Assembly (NCBI GenBank): GCA_964568665.1
Contig: CAZMPY010000005.1
Span: 742 to 64,741, forward strand
Direction: 5' to 3'
Length of the DNA stretch: 64,000 nt
DNA from: an uncultured Thermoplasmata archaeon
GTDB lineage: Archaea; Thermoplasmatota; Thermoplasmata; UBA10834
In this document: positions 10,218-19,059 of the stretch, one piece after another
How positions within the stretch are numbered: position 1 is the first letter of the stretch
Layout: each line of letters starts with the position of its first letter
Made by a program: the position numbers and the translations under genes
Notes under the pieces: generated by a model
Told to the model about the DNA's origin: nothing
Seen by the model: the letters and a program-made list of their open reading frames with translations, nothing else
Database searches by the model: none

Positions 10218-10997
10218 CTAGCTGCCCCTGAGCGTCCCCCCGAACACCTGCCACGCGAGCGCCGACTTGGCCACGAGGCTCAGGATGATGTACACCCTCT
10301 CGCCGTGCAGATAATCCTTCCACCTGCCCTTGGCACGGTACTGCAGCACCATGTTCACGGCGAATATGTTGAAGAACACCGCAAGCGACACGAAGATGAA
10401 GTACACGAACGTCGGCACGGAGCTGCCGGACGGGAGTATCGCGCCGAAGAAGTAGATGCCCAGGACTATCCAGGGCACGATGCCGGCGAAGCAGCCGAAT
10501 ATGAACGCCGTCCAGTCGGTCTTCTCCGTGGTAAGGTTGTGCTTCTCCATCATCAGGCCGAACAGGTTCATGGTCGCGTTGAGCGCGAATATCAGTATGA
10601 GGGACGACAGCTCGTAGATCCCGCACAGCATGGCGATCACGATGATCATGATCGAAGAGCTGATGGCGTACTCGTACCAGCGGGCGTAGTTGATCCCGAG
10701 TTTGAGGTTGCGCACATACCACTTGTAGCCTGCTGGGGTCGAGACCGAGAAGTGCGCGACCGCCGACACGAAAAGGAACATGGCCACGAGCGGTCCGATC
10801 TGCAGGTTGACGATGACATCGACCGCGCGCTCGAGCGATTGCGTGGCGGCGTTGTAGTGCAGGAAGGTCGTCTCGACCGGCAGCGAGTACGAGTTGCTCA
10901 GCCACAGCATCAGCCCGCCCTGCAACAGGTGCAGGAAACCCATGGAGATGTTGAACTTCCTCAGCCCAGCGAACTTCTTCTCCTCGGATGCATCCAT
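10218..10997 (-). CDS. Heliorhodopsin (7-TM retinal protein)
   Basis: Collinear by eye with heliorhodopsin 48C12 as I remember it. Matching blocks: FLHLLQGG, AHFSVS, RWYEYAISSSIMIIVIA, FGCFAGIVPWIVLGIY, GERVYIILSLVAKSALAWQVFGGTL. The Schiff-base Lys in SLVAKS and the Glu in WYEY are present. GGAGG lies about 11 nt upstream of the ATG at 10997. The ORF-track N-terminal extension to 11408 is non-membrane shadow sequence that overlaps sfsA. Confidence 0.9.
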   Translation of the reverse strand: MDASEEKKFAGLRKFNISMGFLHLLQGGLMLWLSNSYSLPVETTFLHYNAATQSLERAVDVIVNLQIGPLVAMFLFVSAVAHFSVSTPAGYKWYVRNLKLGINYARWYEYAISSSIMIIVIAMLCGIYELSSLILIFALNATMNLFGLMMEKHNLTTEKTDWTAFIFGCFAGIVPWIVLGIYFFGAILPSGSSVPTFVYFIFVSLAVFFNIFAVNMVLQYRAKGRWKDYLHGERVYIILSLVAKSALAWQVFGGTLRGS

Positions 10998-11145
10998 GCC
11001 AACCACTTCCTCCGCCCCAACCAAACCCGAAATGGTCCTAGGACGTATTTCAGGTGATTGCCTCATCAGGAAGGGTCCGGAGTCGACCTTCGCGCGTCCT
11101 CCGACAAGGCTTAAGTCGCGAGCGGTCGTAGCCGGAGGCATGGGC

Positions 11146-11886
11146 ATGCCGACCAAGCTTATGTTCCCTCGGAGACTGGTCCAGGGCACCGTCACGTCGA
11201 GGCCGAACCGGTTCATCATGATGGTCGACATCGGCGGCGAGGTCCTGAGATGCCACTGCCCCGTGACTGGGAGGATCGGAGACCTGGTGTTCGACGAGAT
11301 CCCGTGCCTCGTCGCGATGGCCTCCGGCCCCGGCAGGATCACCGCAGGCACGGTAGAGGCCATATCCCTCGACCCGGCCGGGAAGGGGAAGAAGTCCTGG
11401 ATCGGCATCGACCAGACCAGGGCGAACGACTATGTCGACTTCTTCCTGCGGTCCGGACCGCTCACCGACATGATCGGCAAGGTCGACGAGGTCACGCGCG
11501 AGGTCCGGTTGGGGAGCTCGCGCATAGACTTCCTGGTCAACGGGCGGGACTACCTGGAGGTCAAGACGCTCCTGTTCGACCTGCCCTGCGAGGGCCACCC
11601 GAGCTGCAGGGCCCGGCGTCACCCGCTCACGCACTTCGACCGCATGATAAGGCACTTCGGGGACATCTCCGGGAGCGTGGCGAGGGGTTCCCGCGCGGTC
11701 CTTCTCCTCTGCTACCTCTACGATGCGAGGCCGTTCGAGGTGCCCGCGCCCACGAAGAAGTCAGGGAGGATAGTGAGGGCCGCCAAGAAGGCCGTCTCGA
11801 AAGGGATGGAGCAATGGCAGCTCAACCTGAAGGTGGACGACGAGGGCGTCGAGTTCATAAGGTGCTTCGAGCTCGATCTGTTCTGA
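11146..11886 (+). CDS. sfsA: SfsA family protein (sugar fermentation stimulation / nuclease-like)
   Basis: SRPNRFIMMV, HCPVTGRIG, GSSRIDFLV and YLEVKT motifs. GGAGG at 11134-11138. ATG candidates at 11140, 11146 and 11161. Confidence 0.8.
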   Translation: MPTKLMFPRRLVQGTVTSRPNRFIMMVDIGGEVLRCHCPVTGRIGDLVFDEIPCLVAMASGPGRITAGTVEAISLDPAGKGKKSWIGIDQTRANDYVDFFLRSGPLTDMIGKVDEVTREVRLGSSRIDFLVNGRDYLEVKTLLFDLPCEGHPSCRARRHPLTHFDRMIRHFGDISGSVARGSRAVLLLCYLYDARPFEVPAPTKKSGRIVRAAKKAVSKGMEQWQLNLKVDDEGVEFIRCFELDLF

Positions 11887-11918
11887 GCTTCCGGACGAGG
11901 GACCGTCGGGCCGCCTAC

Positions 11919-12437
11919 TCACACGCGGACGGCCTTGGAGTCCTCGAACTGCTTCGACGACTTGGCTATGAGCACCAGGCCAGGTATCCCGAAGAAGAAC
12001 GCCGGACCCATGATCGCGCACGCGGCTCCGAGCACGGCGAACGGGAACTGCATCTTCATGAGGGCCAGTATGCCGCCCAGGACACCGAGGAACGCGCACG
12101 AGTACAGGAGCGAGGCCATCGCAGCGCCCTCAGGCGACAGGTTGCCGGCCGTGGAGACGATGATGGTCGTGAGCACGATCGAGAGCACACCCGCGACCGT
12201 CGTGAGCACGCCACCGACGACGAGATAGTCCTTCGTGGCGTCCTTCCCGGGAGCCCTGTAGTCGTGTCCGCAGTACTGGCACAGGTCGACGTCCCAGGGC
12301 ATCGCCCTGCCGCAGCCCACGCAGTGCCTGCTCCTCACCTCGCCGGTCGAGACCGCTGGCGGGACCATGGCCTTGCCGCAGTTCCCGCAGAACTTCATGC
12401 CATCCAGGCTCTCCGCGCCGCATGCCGCGCACCTCAT
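11919..12437 (-). CDS. Double zinc-ribbon membrane protein
   Basis: MRCAACGAES..FCGNCG and CVGCG..CQYCGHD zinc ribbons, followed by 3-4 hydrophobic helices. Confidence 0.6.
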   Translation of the reverse strand: MRCAACGAESLDGMKFCGNCGKAMVPPAVSTGEVRSRHCVGCGRAMPWDVDLCQYCGHDYRAPGKDATKDYLVVGGVLTTVAGVLSIVLTTIIVSTAGNLSPEGAAMASLLYSCAFLGVLGGILALMKMQFPFAVLGAACAIMGPAFFFGIPGLVLIAKSSKQFEDSKAVRV

Positions 12438-12556
12438 GTCATTACCCCTTTCATCTCCACGACCATCAATCACACCCGACAGCGTGTTAACATCGTTCTA
12501 GGCCTAGAATAAGATTGCCCCCTGAGGGGCATCGGGGACTTCACATCTGGTGGGCG

Positions 12557-13900
12557 TCAGCTCATCTGCTTGCCCACGATCTCGTCTACCGCCGCGAGGA
12601 ACTCCTGGTCCTTGCCCTCCGGGAGCGTCGCGCCGGACGCGACCGCGTGCCCGCCGCCGGACCCCCCGACCTTCTCCGAGGCCTTCTTCAGGGCTGCGGA
12701 GAGGTCCAGGCCCTTGGAGACGAGGTACTTCGTCCCCCGGCTCGAGACCTTGACCTTGCCGGGCACGTGCGAGAGCGCGAGCGTCGGCTTCCCCTGGTCC
12801 AGGATGTACTGCATCGCGAGGCCGCACTGGGCGCCCGCGAGGGAGCCGTCGGGCGCGTCGAGGAACTGTATGTGGGCCATCTGCTGGACGCCGTCCGCCT
12901 CGATGGCCAGGAGCTTCTCGAGCAGCTTGGAGTTGTAGGCCACGCGCAGCTCGTTCGCCTGTTCGAGGGCGTCCTTGTCGCCCATGCACAAAGCGATCCC
13001 GAGGCCCTCGTGGTCCATCCGGCCGCAGGCGTTGAGCAGGTCCGCGAGGTCCGATGCGCTCAATTCCAGCGCCGGTATCCAGTGCACGTCCGTCACGAGC
13101 TCCTCGACCGTCTCGGGCCGGCAGCCCTGGCCCATGAGACGGAGCGAGAGCATGGATGTGAGCTTACGTCTGTGATACTCCTGCAGCGAACCCATGGGCG
13201 TGTCCGGCCCTAGCTGCATGGATTCGAGGAACGCGAGCACGTTCTCCTCGCGGCCCGACAGGCCCACGAAGTACGGGTCCACCGAGTTGCCGATGGCCTT
13301 CGAGATGGTCGTGCCCTGGAGGTTGAGCCCGCGCTGGACGGCTATGAACTTCTTTTCGACCGCCTGGTCGAGTATCTGCTGGTTGATGCCCTTGAGCCCG
13401 CCCATGTGCTGCCTGTCGCCGACGATGCCCGCCATCGCTATGGGCGCCAGGTCCCAGTTGCAGCCGTCCACCATCGCCGCGAAGAGCATGGACAGCGTGG
13501 ACGCGCAGCACTCGGTCATCCCGTCGACGCCGTGGAAGTGCGGGTTGACCTGGAGGACCTTCTTGGACTTCCTGATGGGCTTGTGGTGGTCGAGGGCGAC
13601 GACCTTCGCGTCGAGCGACTCGAGCGCGTCGATCTGCCCCGAGCCCATGTCCAGGAAGACCACGAGCTCGTTCCCCTCCTTCGCGATGCGCTCGACATGC
13701 TCCCTCTCGAGCCCCTTGCTGAGCGTGAGGTGGAACTGCTTGTTCATCCTGGAAAGGGTGCCTGTCATCACGGCGCCCGCGCCGAGCCCGTCGGCATCGT
13801 AGTGAGATATAACGCGCACGGAGCCTGCGGCCTCGACGGTCCGGATGGCCTGCTTGAGCACATCCGAGAATTCAGCCGGGAGTTGTACGCTCCCGTTCAT
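12557..13900 (-). CDS. DHH/DHHA1 phosphoesterase, archaeal RecJ/GAN (Cdc45-like) family
   Basis: HYDADGLGAGAV (motif I/II), LDMGSG, ALDHHKP (DHH), and the C-terminal GGGHAVASGA DHHA1 motif. It lies immediately downstream of rps15. Confidence 0.85.
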   Translation of the reverse strand: MNGSVQLPAEFSDVLKQAIRTVEAAGSVRVISHYDADGLGAGAVMTGTLSRMNKQFHLTLSKGLEREHVERIAKEGNELVVFLDMGSGQIDALESLDAKVVALDHHKPIRKSKKVLQVNPHFHGVDGMTECCASTLSMLFAAMVDGCNWDLAPIAMAGIVGDRQHMGGLKGINQQILDQAVEKKFIAVQRGLNLQGTTISKAIGNSVDPYFVGLSGREENVLAFLESMQLGPDTPMGSLQEYHRRKLTSMLSLRLMGQGCRPETVEELVTDVHWIPALELSASDLADLLNACGRMDHEGLGIALCMGDKDALEQANELRVAYNSKLLEKLLAIEADGVQQMAHIQFLDAPDGSLAGAQCGLAMQYILDQGKPTLALSHVPGKVKVSSRGTKYLVSKGLDLSAALKKASEKVGGSGGGHAVASGATLPEGKDQEFLAAVDEIVGKQMS

Positions 13901-13906
13901 CGAGGA

Positions 13907-14362
13907 TCACTCGACCTGCAGCGCAGCGGTCGAGAGAGAGTAGTTCCACGTCTCCGGCAGGATGCCTTCGCGCTTGTAGTACTTCGCGAGCCTGCGTATC
14001 TTGGACTCGATGAGGTGCCGCCCGCGGATGTTATGGTAGTCCTTGCGGTTCTCCTTGACATGGGTGCTCATCCGGACCGCCCTCTTCATGAGGTTCGAAA
14101 GGTCCTCTGGAATCTCGAACTTGACGCCCTTCTCAGTCAGGACATCCTTCATGCTCAGCCCGGTCGCGAGCCTGACGTCGGGGACACCGTACTGGTCACG
14201 CAGGACCAGGCCGATCATCGCCATGGTCTTGCCCTCTGCTGCCAACTTCGCCACGAGTCCCTTGACCTCGTCCGCGGACTGCTGAACCCACTCCGGGTTC
14301 TTGTCCAGCATGGGCTTCTTCGAGCCCGACGAGCCCTTCTTCCTGCAATGCATCCTTGACAT
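13907..14362 (-). CDS. rps15p: 30S ribosomal protein S15 (uS15, S15P/S13e type)
   Basis: MSRMHCRKKGSSGSKKP N-terminus, LRDQYGVPDV, and the HNIRGRHLIESKIRRLAKYY C-terminal block. Confidence 0.95.
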   Translation of the reverse strand: MSRMHCRKKGSSGSKKPMLDKNPEWVQQSADEVKGLVAKLAAEGKTMAMIGLVLRDQYGVPDVRLATGLSMKDVLTEKGVKFEIPEDLSNLMKRAVRMSTHVKENRKDYHNIRGRHLIESKIRRLAKYYKREGILPETWNYSLSTAALQVE

Positions 14363-14431
14363 CGTCTGTATCTCCTGTCGATATGTAACTGGTTTGACCT
14401 GTGGCGAGGCAATGGCGACTATATTCTTCCT

Positions 14432-14794
14432 TCATTTAAAGGTTTCCATGAGGAGGGACGCCTGTGCCAGCAGGGCCCGGTACTCCACCATGGGGAACGA
14501 CAGCTCCCCCGGGAGCTCCCTGAAGTCCCTGACCTCGGCTATCTCCCTGGTCCTGAAGGCTGCGACGCGGTCTCCCGCGGTCCCGACGAACACCTTGCCC
14601 CCGGGTACGTCCAAGCTCCCGAGGACCTTCAGCCGGGCCCCGGTCTCCTCCGAGAACTCCCGCACGGCCGCCTGCTCCGGGGTCTCGCCGGGCTCTATCC
14701 TCCCGCCCGGCATCTCCCACGCGCGCTCCTGGTGACGGACCATGACGAACTGGCCGCCCCGGAAGGCTATGACATAGACGAAGCCGACCGCCAA
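14432..14794 (-). CDS. NUDIX hydrolase
   Basis: NUDIX box GGRIEPGETPEQAAVREFSEETG. The start lies 1 nt after the fibrillarin stop. Confidence 0.85.
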   Translation of the reverse strand: MAVGFVYVIAFRGGQFVMVRHQERAWEMPGGRIEPGETPEQAAVREFSEETGARLKVLGSLDVPGGKVFVGTAGDRVAAFRTREIAEVRDFRELPGELSFPMVEYRALLAQASLLMETFK

Positions 14795-14795
14795 C

Positions 14796-15473
14796 TCATG
14801 CCTCCACGATGAACGCCGCGTGGTCCTTGGAGTACTGGTCGATGTCCACGACCTGCTTGACGGTGAGGTTCTTCGCGGTCAGGTGCCTCCTGACCTCTGC
14901 GAAGACGTCCTTCGGGTCCCTGTTGACATCGATGCACCTGGACTTGACCATGAGTATCCCGTGCTCGGCCTCGAACGCGAACATGTTCTTCACGAATATG
15001 TCCGCCTGGTTCCTCTGGGCGATGTCCTGGTAGACGAACTCGACGCCTTCGATCTCGTGGGCGTAGGTGTCCGGCCGGTTCGCATCGGCCATGATCGGTA
15101 TCATGTTCTTCCGCCGCTCGCAGACCTTGACCAGGTCCCTGAAGCTCCTCTGGGCGATCTCGACGCAGTAGACGAACCCGCCCGAGAGCATGTCGGAGAC
15201 ATGCGAGGCCGTGGTCCCGGACGCGGCCCCGAGGTAGAGCGCCTTGCTCTTGCTGTCGAGCCCGATGTCCCGGGCGCCCTGGAGTATCATGGCGGCGAGC
15301 TTGGACCTGTGGGGGTCCCATGAGCGGTACTGGACGCCTCCGAACTCCAGGAGTATCTCCCCGTAGACGTTCTGGCCGGGGGCGGCGTTGATCGTCAGAA
15401 GGGACCTGCCGCCTGTGTAGACTCCGGGCACTCCCTGGAGCTCGGCGAACGGGTTCCTGAAGCCCTGCGTCAC
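14796..15473 (-). CDS. flpA: Fibrillarin-like rRNA/tRNA 2'-O-methyltransferase
   Basis: YRSWDPHRSKLAA, VLYLGAASGTTASHVSD SAM-binding motif, and the VYQDIAQRNQADI block. Confidence 0.95.
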   Translation of the reverse strand: MTQGFRNPFAELQGVPGVYTGGRSLLTINAAPGQNVYGEILLEFGGVQYRSWDPHRSKLAAMILQGARDIGLDSKSKALYLGAASGTTASHVSDMLSGGFVYCVEIAQRSFRDLVKVCERRKNMIPIMADANRPDTYAHEIEGVEFVYQDIAQRNQADIFVKNMFAFEAEHGILMVKSRCIDVNRDPKDVFAEVRRHLTAKNLTVKQVVDIDQYSKDHAAFIVEA

Positions 15474-15535
15474 GATGCCATCATGGCGAACCTGGATAAA
15501 AGAGTTATACCCGCGAGAGGAATCCGAGAGGGACG

Positions 15536-16015
15536 ATGCCCGAGGACGAACTGCAGGGCCAGATCAGGGCCCTCGCGGAGAAGATGGAGACCGTCGAGGA
15601 GTCGATGAAGCTCGTGGCTGCGCCCTACTCGCAGCTGCTCGAGTACATCGAGCGTTTCCAGAAGATATCCTCGAGCTACTTCCGGCTCCTGGAGCTCTAC
15701 CAGCGGCACGGTGAGATCTCCCCGGACCTGCTCATACCCGGCGTCAAGGACTCCATCTCGAGGGAGATCGTGAAGATACTCTTCGAGCGGGACGGTCAGA
15801 ACATATCCCAGATCGCGGAGAAGCTGAGGGACCGGAGGGGGACCTCGTCCCGGAGGATCGTCCGGGAGCGCCTGAAGATGCTGGAGGAGAGGGGCGTCGT
15901 GAAGGGGAAGGGGTCCGAGCGGTCCAAGGAATTCTGGCTGACGGAGGAGTACGTGAGGAAGTGGTACGATCTCCTGGGGCTCGGGACGGCGAAGGGACCC
16001 GGCGACAGGAAGTGA
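15536..16015 (+). CDS. Winged-helix transcriptional regulator
   Basis: ISREIVKILFERDGQNISQIAEKLRDRRGTSSRRIVRERLKMLEERGVVK resembles a wHTH (ArsR/TrmB-like) domain. Divergent from flpA. Confidence 0.6.
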   Translation: MPEDELQGQIRALAEKMETVEESMKLVAAPYSQLLEYIERFQKISSSYFRLLELYQRHGEISPDLLIPGVKDSISREIVKILFERDGQNISQIAEKLRDRRGTSSRRIVRERLKMLEERGVVKGKGSERSKEFWLTEEYVRKWYDLLGLGTAKGPGDRK

Positions 16016-16136
16016 CACGGGACCTGCCTGAAGGGGCGTGTGAACGCCTGTCGGCCACTTGTTTCCACTTCCCTTATGAACTGGGAAGGTCGTAGTGTGT
16101 GTCAGAAGGCCCGAAAGGGCGCGAAGGTGGAAATCG

Positions 16137-16520
16137 ATGAGCGACGAAGAGAAGAAGAAGGAGAAGAAGGACGACTTCGACGTGAACGAGTTCATGTCCA
16201 ACAAGAACGACGCGCGGGAGGTCCGGGAGATCCTCGAGGTGGTCTCGACCGAGATACCGAAGCTGCTCGATTCGATCAGCAAGACGCTGTACAACCCCCA
16301 GAACGCCGAGTCGCTGGGCAAGAGCGTCGCCCAGTTCTACAAGCAGATGACGGAGGCCGGCATGGACGAGAAGCTGGCCTACGACCTGACCCAGAAGTTC
16401 ATGGCGAACTTCAGCATGGGCTCGATGATCTCGGAGATGCTCGGCGGCGCGATCAAGCAAGGCGTGAAGCACGGCGACAAGCACGATGATGACGACGAGG
16501 ACGACGACAAGGACGAATGA
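16137..16520 (+). CDS. Hypothetical acidic protein
   Basis: Coding-like composition with a poly-Asp/Glu tail. The ATG at 16137 (MSDEEKKK) is preferred over 16095. The stop overlaps the next start (ATGA). Confidence 0.5.
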   Translation: MSDEEKKKEKKDDFDVNEFMSNKNDAREVREILEVVSTEIPKLLDSISKTLYNPQNAESLGKSVAQFYKQMTEAGMDEKLAYDLTQKFMANFSMGSMISEMLGGAIKQGVKHGDKHDDDDEDDDKDE

Positions 16521-16852
16521 GCGGGCGGGCTCCGAAAGACGGTGACTCGAAGATGAACGGCACGAACGCCAGTGGCAAGGACGGCGGGAGCGACACGCCC
16601 AAGCTCCTCGCGACGATGGCGGTCAAGGTACCCTTGATGGTCATCCGGATCGGCTGGCCCTACCTCATGATGAAGCGCCGGGCCAACAAGTGCTCGAGAC
16701 GCCTCAGGAAGCAGCTGGTCGAGGGCGGCATGCCCCCGCACCTGGCGGCCAAGATGGCAGACAACTACGCGTCCGAGCTGTCAATCAGGAAGTTCATGTC
16801 CAACATGGACTTCAAAGGGCTCCGAATGCGCTTGGACGACGACAAGCCATGA
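16517..16852 (+). CDS. Hypothetical basic protein
   Basis: ATGA-coupled to the preceding ORF. No recognisable motif. Confidence 0.45.
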   Translation: MSGRAPKDGDSKMNGTNASGKDGGSDTPKLLATMAVKVPLMVIRIGWPYLMMKRRANKCSRRLRKQLVEGGMPPHLAAKMADNYASELSIRKFMSNMDFKGLRMRLDDDKP

Positions 16853-16899
16853 TACCTGCTCGGGGAAGCTAATATACCCGCTCGCCCGATACTCTGGCC

Positions 16900-17682
16900 G
16901 TGAAAGAGAAGCTGGCGAGGATCGCCGACAGGGTCATGGACGAGTACCGCCTCCTCCCGAAGGACTTCGGCGGGCACATCGAGGTCGGCAGGGGCGCTAG
17001 CGGCTCGGCCACATCCAAGATAGACCGATGGGCCGAGGACATCGTCCTCGGGCTGGTCGAGAAGGAGGGGCTCAATCTCAACGTCCTGAGCGAGGAGCGG
17101 GGGTTCATCGACCGCGGGTTCAAGAAGATCCTCGTGCTCGATCCCATCGACGGCACCCTGAACTGCACCCGGGCCATACCATTCTTCTCCATATCGATGG
17201 CCGTGTGCACCAAGACCATGGCCGACTGCGACTTCGCGCACATCAAGAACCTTTACACCGGCGACACCTACACCGCGGCCAGGGGCCGGGGGGCGGAGCT
17301 GAACGGCCACAGGATCGCGATATCAAGGTACGACAGGGACGACGCGGTCTTCCTCATGTTCGACGGACGCGATGTGGCCCCGGACTCGGAGAGGGTCAAG
17401 CAGCTGGCCAAGAGGGTGCGGACCATGGGCTGCGCGTCCCTCGAGATGAGCCTCGTGGCCCAGGGTTCGGCCCAGGCGCACTACATGAACTGCACCAATT
17501 TCAAGAGGATGATACGCGTTGTGGACATAGCCGCGAGCGCGCTCGTGCTGCGCGAGGCGGGCGGTGAGGCCGTGGACCTGGCCACCGGCGAGAAGCTGGA
17601 CATGGACCTCACGCTCGACGACCGGAGGAACTTCCTCGCGTACGGAGACCCGCGGATCAAGGAGTTGGTCCTACGAGGATAG
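16900..17682 (+). CDS. Inositol monophosphatase family protein (IMPase/FBPase/NADP-phosphatase type)
   Basis: LDPIDGTLNC metal-binding motif, EERG, and the GCASLEM block. GTG start about 25 nt after an AATATAC TATA-like box. Confidence 0.85.
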   Translation: MKEKLARIADRVMDEYRLLPKDFGGHIEVGRGASGSATSKIDRWAEDIVLGLVEKEGLNLNVLSEERGFIDRGFKKILVLDPIDGTLNCTRAIPFFSISMAVCTKTMADCDFAHIKNLYTGDTYTAARGRGAELNGHRIAISRYDRDDAVFLMFDGRDVAPDSERVKQLAKRVRTMGCASLEMSLVAQGSAQAHYMNCTNFKRMIRVVDIAASALVLREAGGEAVDLATGEKLDMDLTLDDRRNFLAYGDPRIKELVLRG

Positions 17683-17768
17683 GCATCGCAGGCACGCCGG
17701 AGCTGAAGAACTTCAAGCCAGTCTCGAAGACAGTCATAGACACGCTCAAGCTCAAGGGCGCGGATTAT

Positions 17769-18509
17769 GTGCTGGAGCAGGGCATCGCCAAGGAGCTCGG
17801 GGGCGATGGCGTCCCGCTGGCGAAGATGAAGGTCGACGTCATCATCACCATCGGCGGGGACGGGACCATCCTGAGGACCCTGCAGGGCACCGACCTGCCG
17901 ATACTCGGCGTGAACGCCGGGGTCCTGGGGTTCCTGACCGAGGTGCAGCCGGACGAGGTCGCCACCGCCATCACGCGCCTGCTCGCGAAGAAGTACTCCA
18001 TCGACACACGGCTGAAGCTGAAGACCGTCGTGGACGGGAAGCGGCTCGAGGACGCGACGAACGAGACGGTCATACACACTTCGCAGATCGCGAAGCTCAG
18101 GCACTTCGCGATGTCCATAGACGGCACGCCCGCGACGGAGATGCGCGCGGACGGGATCATAGTCGCGACCCCCACGGGCTCCACAAGCTACGCCATGAGC
18201 GTCGGCTCGTCCATCATAGACCCGCGCGTGGAGGCGCTCGTGTTCGCGCCCATCGCGCCGTTCAGGCTCTCCGCGCGCCCGCTCGTGGTGCCCTCGACGA
18301 GCAAGATGTCCGTGCGGATCAAGGACCCGAGGCCGTGCTCGCTCGTGGTCGACGGGCAGCTCGAGAGGCAGCTGACGGGGGACGAGGAGATCGTCTTCAC
18401 CGGTTCCGAGAAGAAGGCCAGGTTCGTGACATTCAACAAGGACGACTTCTACATCAACCTGGAGCACAAACTGATGGCATGGTCGCCGTACTCGGTCCAG
18501 AGGCAGTGA
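17769..18509 (+). CDS. nadK: NAD kinase (as called from the first canonical start; the conserved N-terminal strand lies upstream with no canonical start)
   Basis: GGDGTILR motif, TPTGSTSYAMSVG, and NAD-kinase C-terminal blocks. The same frame is open from 17568 and encodes RIGIAGTPELKNFKPVSKTVIDTLKLKGADY upstream of the GTG at 17769. Confidence 0.85.
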   Translation: MLEQGIAKELGGDGVPLAKMKVDVIITIGGDGTILRTLQGTDLPILGVNAGVLGFLTEVQPDEVATAITRLLAKKYSIDTRLKLKTVVDGKRLEDATNETVIHTSQIAKLRHFAMSIDGTPATEMRADGIIVATPTGSTSYAMSVGSSIIDPRVEALVFAPIAPFRLSARPLVVPSTSKMSVRIKDPRPCSLVVDGQLERQLTGDEEIVFTGSEKKARFVTFNKDDFYINLEHKLMAWSPYSVQRQ

Positions 18510-18519
18510 GGGACAGGAC

Positions 18520-19056
18520 ATGACCGCCAGGGCCGTACCCGCAGTCAGGATAGACTATCCGAAGCACTGGTTCATGGTCGGTTCGGCGATGCTCGTCTTC
18601 GTCATCGCCTACGCCACATACAGCTACACCGTGGCGCTGGAGGACTTCGCCAGGTACTTCTGGCTCGGCGCTGGGGCCGCCGCCGGGGCCGTGCTCCTGC
18701 TGTTCTTCGGGCCGCCCCTGTTCACGCACCATCTGCTCGGGGAGAAGGGCATGAAGGTCAGGATGGGGCTACTGATCAACGCGACCGTCCCCTACGAGTC
18801 CGTCACGGAGGTCAGGGAGACCTCGGTCAAGCGCGCATCGCTCAGCGTCGGCCTCGGGGTGAAGTACTCGAGCATCCTGGCGACCGTCTTCGTGGTCTCC
18901 TCGTTCGGGGACTTCGTGTCCGTCAGGCTCGACAAGCCGCGCAGGCTGGGCGGCCTGATGGGGCCCGAGGTCTCGCAGATCGTCCTGAGCGTGAGCGACA
19001 AGGCGCTGCTGATGGCCACGCTCAAGGAGAGGCTCCTCGGGAAGCAGGAGGATTGA
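18520..19056 (+). CDS. Membrane protein with possible bacterial-PH-like (bPH/DUF304-type) domain
   Basis: Two N-terminal TM helices followed by a soluble beta-rich domain. The assignment is tentative. Confidence 0.5.
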   Translation: MTARAVPAVRIDYPKHWFMVGSAMLVFVIAYATYSYTVALEDFARYFWLGAGAAAGAVLLLFFGPPLFTHHLLGEKGMKVRMGLLINATVPYESVTEVRETSVKRASLSVGLGVKYSSILATVFVVSSFGDFVSVRLDKPRRLGGLMGPEVSQIVLSVSDKALLMATLKERLLGKQED

Positions 19057-19059
19057 GCC

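Noticed and set aside
9993-11408. ORFs 9993-11057 (+) and 10162-10905 (-), and the N-terminal 137-aa extension of the 10218-11408 ORF
   Set aside because: The heliorhodopsin alignment begins at the ATG at 10997, which has a GGAGG upstream. The extension is non-membrane, Pro/Arg/Ser-rich and overlaps sfsA. The other two are out-of-frame or antisense shadows.
15470-16321. 283-aa minus-strand ORF between flpA and the acidic protein gene
   Set aside because: Ser/Pro/Leu-rich low-complexity product, antisense to a convincing wHTH gene. It is not the missing nop5, because no Nop domain motifs are present.
17640-17700. Programmed -1 ribosomal frameshift at the IMPase/NAD kinase junction
   Set aside because: No X-XXY-YYZ slippery heptamer or obvious downstream pseudoknot is seen. 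The frame problem is reported as an observation without claiming recoding. Read-through of the TAG stop stays in the wrong frame and ends after 7 codons.
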